A stretch of DNA of 64,000 nt from Histomonas meleagridis 2922-C6/04-290x (GCA_020184695.1 JAANOX010000050.1:62001-126000); one strand, 5' to 3'; shown: positions 33,605-46,859, counted from the stretch's first letter. Numbers and translations: made by a program. The notes: a model not told the origin generated them from the sequence alone.

Positions 33605-35863
33605 TTATTTTGACAATTCTATTATTTGTGTGTATTTGGACAAAAGAACATCATTTGCAGGTGATGCCTCGTATCCTAAGCACTCAGCGCACAGGTCTGC
33701 AATATATTTTTCTCTATACATTAAATCATTTGTGTTTATCATTTTTGGAATTTTCTTTGATTTTTTTTCTTTTGAATGTGTTCCATTTCGTTTTTTACCC
33801 CTCGAATCACTTCTAACGAGAGTCTTTTTCCTTGGCGAGTTTAAGAACGAACTTGTATTTGATGTTTGTTTACCAGCGAAATGATCAATAAATTCTTTTT
33901 TAACCTGAGCCATTAATTTCTTGATTTCTGCTAATTGTTCCTGTGGTGCTTTTGTTATGTAATGCTTTTCATCTTGTTCAGGCCAATTTGCTTTTTCTAA
34001 TCCAGAGTTTGTCACTTTTTGGCAAAAGTTAACAAACGAATTAACGGATTTAACCGCCAGGCCATCGAACGATAACTGTTTGAGACCGTTATCGATGATT
34101 TGACTAAGTAATTCGACGCCTTTTTCTTTGATTTCTTGGCCGGTTACATCCAAATTTTCCAATTGAAAACTTTCGTTTCCTAATTCCTCCAGAATTGGAT
34201 ATAAATGTTCACCATAAACAGTGGGCTGTTCAGCTCTTAATATTAATGTGTTAAGTTTACATTTCTTGATATAATTCAAAAAGTATTGAATTGATTCATC
34301 AATACCATCCATTTTAAATGTGTTTGATAAGTTTAAATTTAAGAGACTTGTGTTATTAGATAAAAACCCAAAGAACTTTTTAGATGATTTGGAATCCATT
34401 TTGTTCTTTTTCCATGACAAATCTATAAGTTTAGGTAATTTAACAGTCAACAAATAATCATATTGTTCTTTGGAATCTAATCTTATTGCGTCAAATGCTA
34501 AATAACTTGGCGAATTTCTTGATGCTGATAAAGTGTTGAATAAAGACTTAAACGAATCCAAAGTAAACGTGCAACCAGAAAAGGAAACGGTTGTGAGTTC
34601 ACCGAAGTCGTTTATTTGCCTCTTCAATGGGGACTTAAAGTCGTTTTGTGACAAGTCCAGATTAACTATTGAGTTCTTAGACGTCGTTACTTCGGGGAGA
34701 ATTACTGAGACATCTAAGTTACAATCAATTAATGATAATTTCTTGATTCGTTCTTTAGCTTTGGAATTGGTGGAAAAGAACTCCTTGAGGCACTTTTGGA
34801 AGTTGTCTGACCGAACTGTTTCGAAATAAATAGAATTTAGATTATCAAAACAATTTGAATTGCAAAAGTAATTGAAGAGATTAACGATAGTGATATCTGA
34901 GAATCGACATTTGCAAAAAGAAACCGATTGAAGTTCACTTCCAATGGTTTGTAGATATCCTATGAAAGATAAAAATGAGCTTGTTGTTAACTCACAGCGA
35001 ATGAAATTAAGTTCTTTAACAGGGAGCTTATTTTCAATTGATGTTTTTGTAATTGAGTCTATTGATTCAATAAATGTAATACATGTAAATGTAAGTTTTT
35101 TGATGTTAGGATTGTTCTTAATAATCGGAAGGAAATGTGGAAGAAAAGAACAAAAGTTGAGACCTTTAAATGTGATAGAATTAATGACATTATCGTGTGC
35201 AACTGAATCAACAATAGCACCAATATAACTGGAAGCTGCAATATCGCCAGTAAAATCGAAACTCTCTTTTGTAGACTTAAGAATTTCGATGGTTTCGGCA
35301 ATTTGATCAACAGATGTTGATTTGGTTAAACGTTGATTTGCAAGAAGAAATGAAGTAAATCTATCTGCAAGGATAGATTCACTTGTATATTTGGTTTCAC
35401 ATTTAGCAAACTCTGGTTTGAGATCTGTGGCGCATTCAAATCTAAATTTATGATTAACTGATTCGCCAAATAAAGCTGTTATAGTCGAATATACAATGGC
35501 CGCGAGCTTTACTAGCTGTTCGGAACAAATTGTTATTGCGTTTTGTGGGTTACTTCCTGTAATGATCATACTATTTTGCCCGAGAAGAATCAGACTTATT
35601 TCTTCAAATGAAATTGTTTTGGAAAGAATGTATGATCTTGGGAAAGATTTTTTTTCAAGAATGAAAAATCCAGGTGTACAAACCAATAAATATCTGTTAT
35701 GAAAACTTCCATGTTTGTTCATTAACTTAATTTTCCCAAACCAAAGTAACTTCGTGTTGCTTAAATGAAGCAAAGGATGAAGATTCGCATATTGCGATAG
35801 TTCTTGACTTGGGACAGATTTCATGGGAAATAAAATGGTTGTAAAATTCAGGGCACCATTCAA
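33605..35863 (-). CDS. CARMIL-like PH + leucine-rich-repeat protein
   Basis: N-terminal GKIKLMNKHGSFHNRYLLV (PH-like), then RI-type LRRs (LDLSQN, LNLSN, LDVTGQEIKEKG). Confidence 0.7.
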   Translation of the reverse strand: MNGALNFTTILFPMKSVPSQELSQYANLHPLLHLSNTKLLWFGKIKLMNKHGSFHNRYLLVCTPGFFILEKKSFPRSYILSKTISFEEISLILLGQNSMIITGSNPQNAITICSEQLVKLAAIVYSTITALFGESVNHKFRFECATDLKPEFAKCETKYTSESILADRFTSFLLANQRLTKSTSVDQIAETIEILKSTKESFDFTGDIAASSYIGAIVDSVAHDNVINSITFKGLNFCSFLPHFLPIIKNNPNIKKLTFTCITFIESIDSITKTSIENKLPVKELNFIRCELTTSSFLSFIGYLQTIGSELQSVSFCKCRFSDITIVNLFNYFCNSNCFDNLNSIYFETVRSDNFQKCLKEFFSTNSKAKERIKKLSLIDCNLDVSVILPEVTTSKNSIVNLDLSQNDFKSPLKRQINDFGELTTVSFSGCTFTLDSFKSLFNTLSASRNSPSYLAFDAIRLDSKEQYDYLLTVKLPKLIDLSWKKNKMDSKSSKKFFGFLSNNTSLLNLNLSNTFKMDGIDESIQYFLNYIKKCKLNTLILRAEQPTVYGEHLYPILEELGNESFQLENLDVTGQEIKEKGVELLSQIIDNGLKQLSFDGLAVKSVNSFVNFCQKVTNSGLEKANWPEQDEKHYITKAPQEQLAEIKKLMAQVKKEFIDHFAGKQTSNTSSFLNSPRKKTLVRSDSRGKKRNGTHSKEKKSKKIPKMINTNDLMYREKYIADLCAECLGYEASPANDVLLSKYTQIIELSK

Positions 35864-36467
35864 TTATTAAGTAACTATAAACTTTATGCAGCAAGAAACA
35901 AAATCAAAAAGTTCGCATAACCTGACATTTATTCACAGAAAAACAAAATCAGAAATTTCTCAATAAAAAATTTGATTTTTAATTCGAAATTCGAAAGTTG
36001 TGATGTCGTTTTATAATTAATATTAAATATTTAATGAATAAAGAATTATCAAATTAAAATATAAAGATTTTCATATTTTTTAAAAATGTTAAACTTCAAA
36101 ATTGAAATTGATTTATTTTTATATCTTGAAACTAATGTTACAAAATTTTTAGTTTTTTACAAATTATTGTTTGCATAAATAATAATATTTCGTTATATCA
36201 TATAATTTTTATTTGTCGTTTCTAAAATTTCTGGGAAAAATTATTAGCGGTTTTTTTACATGCAAATAAAGGATATTGAAAAACTAAATTGAATATTTTA
36301 TTCTATCAAAATAATGAATTGAATCCAATTCTGCGCAGAAAGCATTCAAAAAGAGTTCATTCAATTCAACGCGTTGAAACGTTCGCGGACAAAATGATCA
36401 ATTAACATTGTCACTTTTCGATTATTTATTTGTAACGAAGACAGAAGAAATTTCAAATTCGGGTTCT

Positions 36468-37394
36468 TTACTTCCTCTTTTTATCCTTTTGTTGTAAGAG
36501 CTTATTTGTTTTGTATTTGATGACAGCATCTTTAGCTTCGGCGAAAATTGTATATTGAAGAGCTGCATATGGGATGATCTTAACCATGTTAACACTAAGT
36601 CCCTTGAAGAATCCTCCGACGCCTTCGTTCTTGTAGATGCTCTTAAATGTTCCAGCAACTGTTGTTTCAGTATTGCCCATTCTCTTGCCAGCAATCATCC
36701 TCTTACGAACGACATCGAATGGATAAGCAATTGTTTGCGAAATTGCTCCAGAAATTGCACCGATGACGCAATTTACAACTGGCTTGATTTCATTTGTCTT
36801 GCCAATCTTTGTCTTGTAAAATTGGCAAAGACCATCATAGCAATAGAATTGTGATCCTTCGAATGGAATGGCGCCCATGATTGTTGGTGCAAGGCCAGAC
36901 CAAAATGCAGTGATTCCTTCTTCCTTAAGGATGGTAATGACTGAGTTGAAGATGCCGTTGTACTTAACTGGGTCAAGGAGAATACGTGTGTGAACAAAAT
37001 CAAGTGGATAAATAACTGACTGACTAACAAGACCTGCACATGCACCCATCAAGGCACGCTTTCCACCTGTAAGATGGTCACCGAAAACTTTTCTTAATTC
37101 TTCAAGAACAAAGAACTTTAATGCTGATTGTGGACCTTGATTTAAGCATCCAGCAAAGTTACCACGCCAAAAGGCAGCAATTCCATCTTGTTGCCAAAGG
37201 CCTTTGATTGTATCTTTAACATTTCCTCCTTTGGAGTTAACCTGGAGTAAAATCTTAACAACATCAAATGGTGATGTAAGAGTACGTGTAACAACTCCAG
37301 TAACCATTCCGCATAACAAGTTCTCGTACTTGTTGATTTCTACCTTAGGAGCTGGTGACGTGGCAATGAGGATGGTGTCTGCCTCAGTCGACAT
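36468..37394 (-). CDS. Hmp31: Mitochondrial-carrier-family protein, hydrogenosomal Hmp31-like
   Basis: Three Px[DE]xx[KR]xR signatures (PFDVVK, PLDFVHTR, PFDVVRKR). The N-terminus ILIATSP...TRTLTSPFDVVK...GIAAFWRGN...GPQSALKF resembles, from memory, trichomonad Hmp31. Confidence 0.85.
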   Translation of the reverse strand: MSTEADTILIATSPAPKVEINKYENLLCGMVTGVVTRTLTSPFDVVKILLQVNSKGGNVKDTIKGLWQQDGIAAFWRGNFAGCLNQGPQSALKFFVLEELRKVFGDHLTGGKRALMGACAGLVSQSVIYPLDFVHTRILLDPVKYNGIFNSVITILKEEGITAFWSGLAPTIMGAIPFEGSQFYCYDGLCQFYKTKIGKTNEIKPVVNCVIGAISGAISQTIAYPFDVVRKRMIAGKRMGNTETTVAGTFKSIYKNEGVGGFFKGLSVNMVKIIPYAALQYTIFAEAKDAVIKYKTNKLLQQKDKKRK

Positions 37395-38083
37395 GAATAA
37401 GTGGCCGGTGTTCATTAAAAAAGTTGCGTTTGTGAAGCATTGAAATTTTTGGAGTTAAAGCGAATTTGATCGTTATCATATCGGCCGTGAACATTAAGGG
37501 AAAGTAAAATTTTAAAAATATGTATCAATATTATTATGATACATAAGAACAAAACAGACTGCTGACACCTTAAAAGTGGCCATTTTTTCCCTATTTCATG
37601 TCAACCGAGATACAAGATATACTAACTTTGTCCAGAGCCTCCAATAATGAATAAATTGTTTCAAAAATTATCCGATTTATAGAACATATAAATTATAAGA
37701 AATTGCAAAGACAGATTTTTGAATTTTTGCTCTGATCTATAGATATTGAAAATCTTGTATAGCTTAAAAACAGAATGAAAACCATTGAAAAATTATATAA
37801 ACTAATATTGACCATTATTAGTTCTATATATTTATTGAATTTGAACTTCTGTTTTTTATCCTAAAGCCCAAAAAAGCATTTTGAAATTTTGGAGATTGCT
37901 CATAAAAAAATAAGATAACGAAATTTGGTTAAGATAATTTTATTGAATAGAATGTGTATACTTATTTATTTATATTTTTTAAAATTTAGTACAGTGGAAA
38001 ATGAAAAAAATTGGTTTTCTGATTTGAAACGACCGTTCATTTGGTTGGCAGCGTATTATTTAATACAACATACTATGTTATTA

Positions 38084-38273
38084 TTTAAATTAAATAATAT
38101 TTTCGTAATTATTGTTTTCTTGAAGTTAATACAAATTGTCATGTGAATTACATTATTAATTAATATCAAAAATAAATCAATTTATTTTCTCAATAATAAT
38201 TTTGTGAAAAAAATAATAGTGGTGAGATATCGGAGACACTTTTTGAGCAAAGCTCAAAAAGTGGCATTACTTG
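38084..38273 (+). mobile_element. Short non-autonomous Helitron-like copy (3' end)
   Basis: About 120 nt shared with 42851-42971. Ends in CACTTTTTGAGC-AAA-GCTCAAAAAGTG (38237-38263) plus GC-ATTA-CTTG|T. The 5' end is undefined. Confidence 0.65.
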
Positions 38274-39026
38274 TATTGTATAAAATGAAAAGTAGGCTTC
38301 CAAAAAAACATATATAGACAAAATTACAGTGATTACAGTATTAAAATAATTATTAATATGATGTGTACCTTTAATAAAAAATGATGTTTTTATAAATTAT
38401 GATTTTTTTGTTTCAAAATTCACTTTTTATAAATTAGATATACCCTAAAAATCATACCTCTTTAACTTTATAAGATTATGAATCAAAAGTGTTCGAATTA
38501 TTTTAAATTTATTTGTCTATATAATTCTTGAGAATATATATATTTTTATGCATTATTTATTATACTTCTCACAAAAATTAAACATATTATAATTAGTTAT
38601 AATATTTATGTTATATAAGTCAATAATATTATTTTAATATTTAATGTTTTTTTCGTATTAATGATGATCAACATGTAAATTTTATCATTAATTAATATTA
38701 ACAAAGTTAGTTATATGGTCTTAGATCTATAAAAATATAAATGCATTATTCTATATCCGAGAATGTCGTTAAAAAGGTCAAATTTTAGAAAAATCAAAAG
38801 GTTTTATCGATCGTTATTTCGACCAGTTTAATTTTTCAAATGAATCAAAATCAAACAGCAACAACAAATCAGAACTCTCAAAACGAATGGGAAACGTTTA
38901 CAACGCTCAAAAACATAATCTTTGGTTTGAATATAGATAATTTTGCTCAATTGATATCAACTGAATGAGAAAAAAATCATAAAGTGTTGCCAAAAATTAT
39001 TCCCCAGTCCGTTTACTTTTTCTTAT

Positions 39027-40038
39027 ATGAAAAAACATCAGCAAAAGCGATATTTTATCCTGCAAAATATTCAACAAGGATATTCAAATATGGAAATAGA
39101 AAGAAAAACAGGAATAAATTATAAAACAGTTGCAAAGATCAGAATGATGATTGACAATGGTGAAAATATTTTTATAAATTTTGGAAAAATTTGGGCCCCA
39201 ACAAAGCAAATCTCAGATATAGTCGAATATATTAAAACAATGACCGAAAAGAACCGTATAATGTCAAATGAAGAATTGGCCAATATATGCAATTCATCAA
39301 ATCAATTTACCAATATCTCAAAATCAACGGTTCAAACAATTAGAAAAAAATTAGGATTCAAGTTACTACCACCTATTTATACATTCTATATCACTGAAGA
39401 ACAAAAAACTGCAAGAGTCTTTTTTTGTCGCAAACACCTATTTGAAAAAACAAAATGGGATAATATGTTTCTTATGGATGAATTTTATTTTTGGCTTGGA
39501 GATGACCACCGTCCGTTATACAGAAGAAGAGGAAAAATTTGTGATGAGATTAAAATATGTGAAAAGAAATTTCCTGAAAAGGTATTAATCTTTGGTGGAA
39601 TATCAAGGAAGGTCAAAACATCATTAATAATTGTGGAAAAACAGACTGTTGATGCGATCACATACATTGATGAATTAATGAATGGATCCGGTCTTATTCC
39701 AGTCATGAACCAAGCCTATGGAGTAGGAAAATGGATTTTAATGCAGGATGGAGCCACGGCTCACACATCCAAAATAACTATTGATAATTTGAAAAATTAT
39801 GTAAATATTATAGAAAATTGGCCGGCGATGTCGCCTGACCTCAACCCTATCGAGAATCTATGGAGTATCGTTAAGGCGAAAGTATATGAATCAAATCCGC
39901 AAACAACAGAGGAACTAATTGAATATTATTGTTGTATGGAGTTCAATTTCTGAAGAAGTTATAAATCACCTTATTGACTCCATGGAAGAGCGTATGAAGG
40001 AAGTAATAAGGAATTTTGGTGGGCCAATAAGCTTCTGA
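39027..40038 (+). mobile_element. Tc1-family (DD34E) transposase with a frameshifted C-terminus
   Basis: HTH N-terminus and MDE, QDGATAHTS, WPAMSPDLNPIENLW with 34 residues between D and E. A +1 shift near 39925 restores VVWSSISEEVINHLIDSMEERMKEVI...* ending at 40038. Confidence 0.9.
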
Positions 40039-42389
40039 ATTTTCTGAATAAAAGTGAAACTTCTTTGACCAAATTTTATTCCCAAATGTAAAATATTTCC
40101 AATTTAAAACAATCGTAATTAAGTCAATTATTTTTGAATTATATCTATCGTTGGGAATAATTTTTGACAACACTTCATGTTTTTCATATAGGATTTATTT
40201 TTTGCCGAAAAATAAATTAAATTGAATTTTGTTGAGTTTTGTAAATTCTCATTATCCTGAAAAACAATATCATTCAATATGATGATTTAAAATTGAGAAA
40301 ATATTTTCATAATAATACATAGGGAATTATCATTGTTGCATAAATATGTTTGACATTTTACTAATTCATTAGACATCGCTTTTCAGTTTCTATATCATTA
40401 TTATATATATCAACGAATCAGGCGGTTGATACTTTAACCGTAATTTCCTCTCAAAAATTATCATTCAATTTCATCTATCGGAGCGGCTCCCAGTTTTTCC
40501 TAGAAAATTTCGGTTATTTTTTCGGATGTTTATTCTTTACGTGTATCGTCATTCAATAATGAAAAGTTTATTATTAGAAAAAGTTTCATTTTCGAATTAA
40601 ATGATTTACTTACGCATTTTTTCCTTCTTATTTTTTGCGCTGACCATTTTTTCCCTATATCATATCAACCAGCAAGCTTCCATATCATGATTTGATTCAT
40701 TTTTTATCAATTTTATTTCTTTTTTTCTTTTCTCTTAATTTTTTTCTTATCTTATTATTCTTCTTTTATAAGGATCCAGTATAAACTGCCCTACTGAAAA
40801 TTTATTCTTTTCCAAGAAATCTCGGTGGTTGAATGTAATACTTACGATTAAAAACAAACAATATTTCTTCCATATGATGTACTATTTATTTATTGAAATA
40901 TTAAGATTTTTGATAAAATATGACAGATAATTAAATTTTATATTAAAATAAAATGAAAAAAATCGTTCTATTACATTTTTACAAATCTAAATATATAAAT
41001 AAATATTTAACTGTTTTTAATTTTTATTAGTTATCCATAAAGTTCTATTCATTTCAAATCCAAAAATTCGAATTCTTCGTTAATACAAAATTATAATTAA
41101 TGGATTATCTTAGCTTTATACTTGGATTTATATTTTGTAATTATCTTTATATATTTAAGAAATGTTGTTTAGATTCTAAAAATACGATTATAATTCATCG
41201 AAAAAAGCATAAAAGTTAAAATAAGAAAATCGGTTTTGAAATATATTTATTTCGTAATTATATAGATTAAATCCAATTTATCATTAGTAAAATAAATTAC
41301 ATGGATGCGTAAATTATATAAACAGAGTATAATATTAATATTTATTGAAATTTGTTGGCAAACTTCATTTGAAATTTTTAACTTCAAATTTTCAATATCT
41401 GTCTATTGGTTGATTTCGATTTATTTTGTAATTATATATTTGATTTTATTTTGTTTTATCACTTATATTCATCCCTCTCTATTCATTTTAAAATTTATTT
41501 TTTTGAATTGAGTGCAATTTGATCGTTTTGAATTCAATTTTTTTGATGTATTTTTTAATGCATTCTGCGTTTTTTGTTTTTTCTCTCTTATTTTTCAGGA
41601 TTCTAAATTAATTTCAGAAAATATGTTATCACATTATTAAATTTAATTTCTCATATTAATTTCAAAATTGAATTTTGCTTTCATGATGATTTATTCATCA
41701 TTTTTCTTAATTTTCTTCCTTTTCTTCTTCTTTTTCAATTTCTTCTTTTTCAAAACCATATCTTCGGATAATTTATAAAATTGTTGTAATAGAACGATTT
41801 TTTTCATTTTATTTTAATATAAAATTTAATTATCAGTCATATTTTATCAATAATCTTAATATTTCAATAAATGAATAATACATCATTAGGTAGAAATATT
41901 GTTTATTTTTAATCGTAAGTATTACATTCTTCCACGAGATTTCTTGAAAAAAAATAAATTTCCGGGGAGACCGTTTATGAATTTATCGAATAATCGTTTT
42001 CTATTCAATATAGTGTACCCCACCTTAAAATAAGATTTTCTTTTCTTTGTTAAATTTGGTATATTTGAACATTATGTAATTTCCCTACAAATCAATTTTT
42101 TTATTATAATATAAATAATGGTTATTCTAAGTATAATAATTTAATAATTTCTTTCCTATTATATAGTGTGTATCAATCTAATATATCAATTATATAAATG
42201 TACAATGATTTTCCCGTTGATTGATGCATAATTTTTTTGATCTAATAATTGTATTAAACTTTAATTTTAATTACTATATATGGATTAACATTTCTTCTTA
42301 CATTATTTATATTATCTCTCACAGAAACTCGACTTATTAAAAACACAGATCACGATCGAAAGGTGGTAATTAATGTTATGTTTCATATT

Positions 42390-42520
42390 AAGATTTGGAA
42401 ATTATTCGAAACATTTAACACAGCACTTATGAAAGCATCTAATAATGGTAATCTAGAAATAGTTAAATTTCTTTTTGAACATTAAGGAGTTGATATTAAG
42501 GTTATGATCTATGTTTATTA
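42390..42520 (+). pseudogene. Orphan single ankyrin unit with the 3' part of an insert
   Basis: atttggaaattattc...aac ACA GCA CTT ATG AAA GCA TCT...GAA CAT TAA; there is a stop inside the coding block. Confidence 0.7.
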
Positions 42521-42850
42521 TAAAATGGGTTTAACCATTTTAAATAAAAAGTGATTGAACCTCAAAATAAAACAAAAATATTTTCTTTAATAAACAATAT
42601 TTTTTAAAATTGCTAAATTAATTTATCATGATAATAACTATTTAATTATATTTTGTAATATTATATTCAGAATTTAAAGAGATTAAAAAAAATTAGTAAA
42701 ATTGATTAATTCTAAACTAGAGCCTTTTCTTCTTGCTCATAGGATATTGATCTGAGTTATTTTTTAGATATTAACTTCAATCATTTCTATGATTTTGTTT
42801 TCATTATTTTTGATTTTGTGCGTAATCTGTAGTTGAAATATTAATGTTTT

Positions 42851-43037
42851 TTTAAATTAAATATAATATTTTCTTAATTATTGTATTCTCGAAGTTAATA
42901 CAAATTGCCATGTAAATTACATTATTAATTAATATTAAAATTAAATCAATTTATTTTCTCAATAATAATTTTATAAAATATATTAGTTAGATGGCGTAGA
43001 CACTTTTTGAGCAAAGCTCAAAAAGTGGCATTACTTG
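42851..43037 (+). mobile_element. Short non-autonomous Helitron-like copy (3' end)
   Basis: Identical hairpin at 43001-43027 plus GC-ATTA-CTTG|T; body is homologous to 38084-38203. Confidence 0.65.
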
Positions 43038-43100
43038 TATATTATTGCGAATGAATTGAAAAATATAAAAATACACAAGAAAATAATTTATTTTTACGAT

Positions 43101-43950
43101 TTATATATCAGGAACATAACCTGAAAACTCAGCATTTTTTTCTTTTTCCCTTCTTACATAGATAATAACACCAATAGCAATAACAGGCGCAAATACTAAA
43201 CATCCAATTACGATTCCAGCAATCGCTCCACCACCCAAAGACGATTTCTGTTCTTCAGCTGGATCGGATGTGCCCAAAGTATGAGATGTATCTTCTGATT
43301 GTCCAGGTGAAGAAGAAGAAGAATAAGAAGAAATAGATGATAAAGAAGTAGATGTCGAAGTTGAAGATGAAGGCATATTAAACATAGAAGAAAACGAAGG
43401 AATCTCTGGTGAATAACTCATATCCATTGGGATTGCATTTTGTGATGCACTTACCAATTCTCCAATCGCCTGTTTTATTAAGTCTAAATCCATAACCATT
43501 CTTCCTTGTGTATACTTTATATCCTTTATTTATTTTCTCTACACCAAAAACAGGATATACTCTTTTCGAAGAACGATACACTTTGACCATTGAAATTATC
43601 CATCGGCATTTCAGTTTCTATTTCAAAAGAGCTATCGTTATAGTCAAAGGTTTTCAAATTTGTTAATTTTTCCATTCCAAAACTTCTTTTGTGTTTGAAT
43701 ATTTAATCTTAAATTTGTAATATTTAAATAAGTACCACCAATCATTGTATAATTATTTGAAATTACTGCAACAGAAGCATCCGTTGCATAACCAAATTCA
43801 TTAATTATATTATTATCAAAACAACTTAATACATAATCATTACCATTAATCGTATTAATTTCCAGTGCAACATTACCTTCGTCAATTTTTACGTTTTTAA
43901 CATTTTGAATTACACATTCACCTTCTTTGCATCCTTCATAAACAAAAACA
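43101..43950 (-). pseudogene. C-terminal remnant of a surface protein (Ser-rich stalk, TM, short tail)
   Basis: SSSSTSTSTSLSS stalk and GGGAIAGIVIGCLVFAPVIAIGVIIYVRRE TM segment; the upstream part is broken by stops and frameshifts. Confidence 0.65.
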
Positions 43951-43959
43951 ACAAAAAAT

Positions 43960-44596
43960 TCGAATTCAAATGATGGAAAAAGAAAAAATTAATTCACCAT
44001 ACTTTGTCAAAACAATTTCATATTTTGAAATTCCGACAAAAGCAATGATTCAAATGGAACTTTGTGAAAAAGGTGACATTTCAGATATTATTTTTTTGAG
44101 GAACCTGATATTTGGTATTTAATACATGATATTGGGATGGCATTACAGATTCTCCATTCACATGAATTGATGCATTTAGATGTATCTCCTGGTAACATAT
44201 TAATGACAAATGATGGTCATTTCAAATTAGCAGATTTTGGTACACTTACTAAAATAAATCATTTCACGGAAGGAGATGAAGGTGCAGGACCATATGTATC
44301 ACCAGAAGCTCTTGCATATCCTAATGGAATACATTTGGTAACAACAGCAACAGACATTTTTTTAGTTTTGGAGTCGTTTTTAATGGAGGCTGTAACAGGA
44401 AAAAATGCACCAAGAGGCGGAAGCCAGAGCTACGCAAAAACTTCGGAAAGGAGAAATTGGTGTTGGACATGGTATATACCAGACAAATTGCACTCCAGAA
44501 TTACGCGATTTGATAAACTCAATGATGCGCCCGAATCCAAGTGAAAGGCCAAGCGCAGAGTGGATTGTTAATGTTTCTTGTTCTCATTGTAATTAA
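43960..44596 (+). pseudogene. Wee1/Myt1-like kinase fragment (N-lobe missing, frameshifted)
   Basis: IQMELC, HLDVSPGNIL, FKLADFG, EGAGPYVSPE, TDIF.., APRGG and RPSAE motifs across three frames. Confidence 0.75.
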
Positions 44597-45319
44597 AATG
44601 GTTTTTTCAGGGTTAATTGATTTTTTTTTTGTTCCTAATTAAATAATAAACTGTTTCCCCCGTACGTTAAACTTAAATTCTCAAAAAATTAAAAATATTT
44701 TGATCACTAAATGCTATATTTAATGATAAAGAATCAGAATTTTATTTTTTCTTAGAGTTAATGATGAGGGGGAAGCTGTATAAAATTGTTGATAATAGGT
44801 GGTGTGTTTTATTTCATTCTACAAAAAAACAGTAAAAAAAGTTTTTATCGGATTTAACCCCAAACAGTAACCCAAACCGTTGTCATAATAAAAACATGAT
44901 ATGCATTCATGTAATCATGATTGAAAGTAAACTGGTTATTTTGAAGTTGTTGTTTTGTAACGAGTTTTTCTTTGGACTGTTTATTGATTCAGCTGATTTG
45001 CTTTTTTACACGAACAAATAACGTCAATTAACTATAGTTATGCTCGAACAAAATGCAGATGGATTTTTAAGTTGGCATTTTTCGTGGCATTTTTCTTGAC
45101 AGTTCTAGTACAGCTTTATCAAAAATAACTGTTAATTTTTTTCTTAACCCATATAAAACTTATATTAATAATTTATTAAAAGATTTAAGTAATACTTCCC
45201 TTTATTTATGTTTTAGAGAACTCTTCATTTTATTTTAAAGGTTGCATTACATCAATTTGATGATTTCATTTAGTGTTATTATCTATTACTTCCTTGATAT
45301 CTTAAAAATATTATGAATG

Positions 45320-46633
45320 ATTATTAAAATAAAATTAAGAACAATAAGGAGATAGTACTTGCACCAAAAGAAGGTGTAACAGTATTTGAAGTAGATCTTA
45401 ATGAAGATGAAATTGCTGTAATCTTTGTGTTCGTGATTGAATTAGACTATATTTTTAGAATTTGTATATGATACAGAAGATGCATTTGCTGTTGTAAATG
45501 CATTCGATTGTGTAAATGAGTTCGATAGTGTAAATGAGTTTGATTGTGTAAATGAGTTTGATTGTGTAAATGGATGTGTTGGCCATGGTGGACAATTTTT
45601 CGATTGTTGTTCCTTTTTGATACATCAAATTCACCAAATTTTGTTGAATTATATGAATCCAATGTCCTTAAACATTTGACAGGACAATTATCAAATGCAT
45701 CATCACTAACATGAGGTTGTGAGTGGCCATAATAATAAACACAATTTAGAGATGTACATTCATAAAATGCTCCTGTCTCAATTGAAACCACATTTTCACC
45801 TATAATAACAACTGATAAATTAGAACAACCCTCAAAAACTTTTTCATTGATAGTAGTTAATGAATTTGGAATTTCGATACTTTTAAGAGAAGTACAATAG
45901 GCAAAATGCACTATTCTCAATTGTAGTTATGTTATTTCCAAAAAAATAACATCTGATAATTTATTACACACAAAAAAAGCAAGCATTTTAATTGTAGAGA
46001 GTCAATTTGGTAATTGAATTCGTTCAAGTGAAGATTCAGCAAATGATTCCTCACCAATACTAATCAGATTTTCGTTAAAAAAAATTACTTCTGTTAAGTT
46101 AAGGCAACGAGAAAAATGCTTTCATCTCCTATTATAGACAGTTATTTAGGGAATTTAATTCTTGCAAGTAGAACGCATTCACAAAATGCGCTGAAATTGA
46201 TTTCCATAAGCTTTCCTCCAAAATTAACTTCAGTTAATTTTCGACATCTGAAAAATGCATAATCTCCAATGGAAGAAAGTGAATTTGGTAATGAAATTTT
46301 ACTAAATGCACATCCAAAAAATGAAAAATTGCTAATTGATGTTAGATTTTCTCCAAAAATTACTTTAGACAAATTTTTGCAATTATAAAATGTATTATTA
46401 CCAATTAGAGAAACTGAATTTCCAATTTTAGCAGATGCAAGTTTCATCCACCCACTAAATACACCAGGCGGTATTGAAGTAATATTATCAGCAATAATCA
46501 AAAATAATGTGTCATTTTCATAGAGTGTTGTGTTTATAAAATCATCTGAAGTTTTTATTGTAAGTGTTTTTGTTGTATTATCAAATATTCCAAATGTGGG
46601 TATAATTAGAAAGCAAAATATCTGAGCAATCAT
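45320..46633 (-). pseudogene. BspA-like (LRR_5) surface protein, frameshifted
   Basis: Signal-like N-terminus, TSIPPGVFSGW..L..AKIGNSVSLIGNNTFYNC repeats, SNSFTQ stalk and hydrophobic C-terminus; split into several frames. Confidence 0.8.
45493..45573 (-). repeat. 18-nt tandem repeat (about 4.5 copies) encoding SNSFTQ
   Basis: tgtaaatgagtttgattg units on the + strand. Confidence 0.9.
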
Positions 46634-46859
46634 TCCTTTCTATGAAAAGAATAATGAAAATGGTTTCTGAGTTCATAAAATAAGACATAAAACTAAAATT
46701 ATGATTCTAAAGTTTAAGACAAATGCTTTCTTTCATAAATTATATCAAAAATTTCATTTCAAAAAAGAAATTACTGGTAAAAAGAAAAATATATATCTTC
46801 AAAATGAAAATAAATTTTAATAAAACATACATTTACTTTCAAGAAGTACCTTAACGCAT

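Noticed and set aside
38237-38263. Rho-independent terminator
   Set aside because: The genome is eukaryotic. The same hairpin with a fixed CTTG tail ends a Rep/helicase element, so a Helitron terminus fits better.
40100-42350. Possible ncRNA or tRNA in long AT-rich intergenic tracts (also 26800-28000)
   Set aside because: No cloverleaf, rRNA or snRNA motif was recognisable by eye; the sequence is low complexity.
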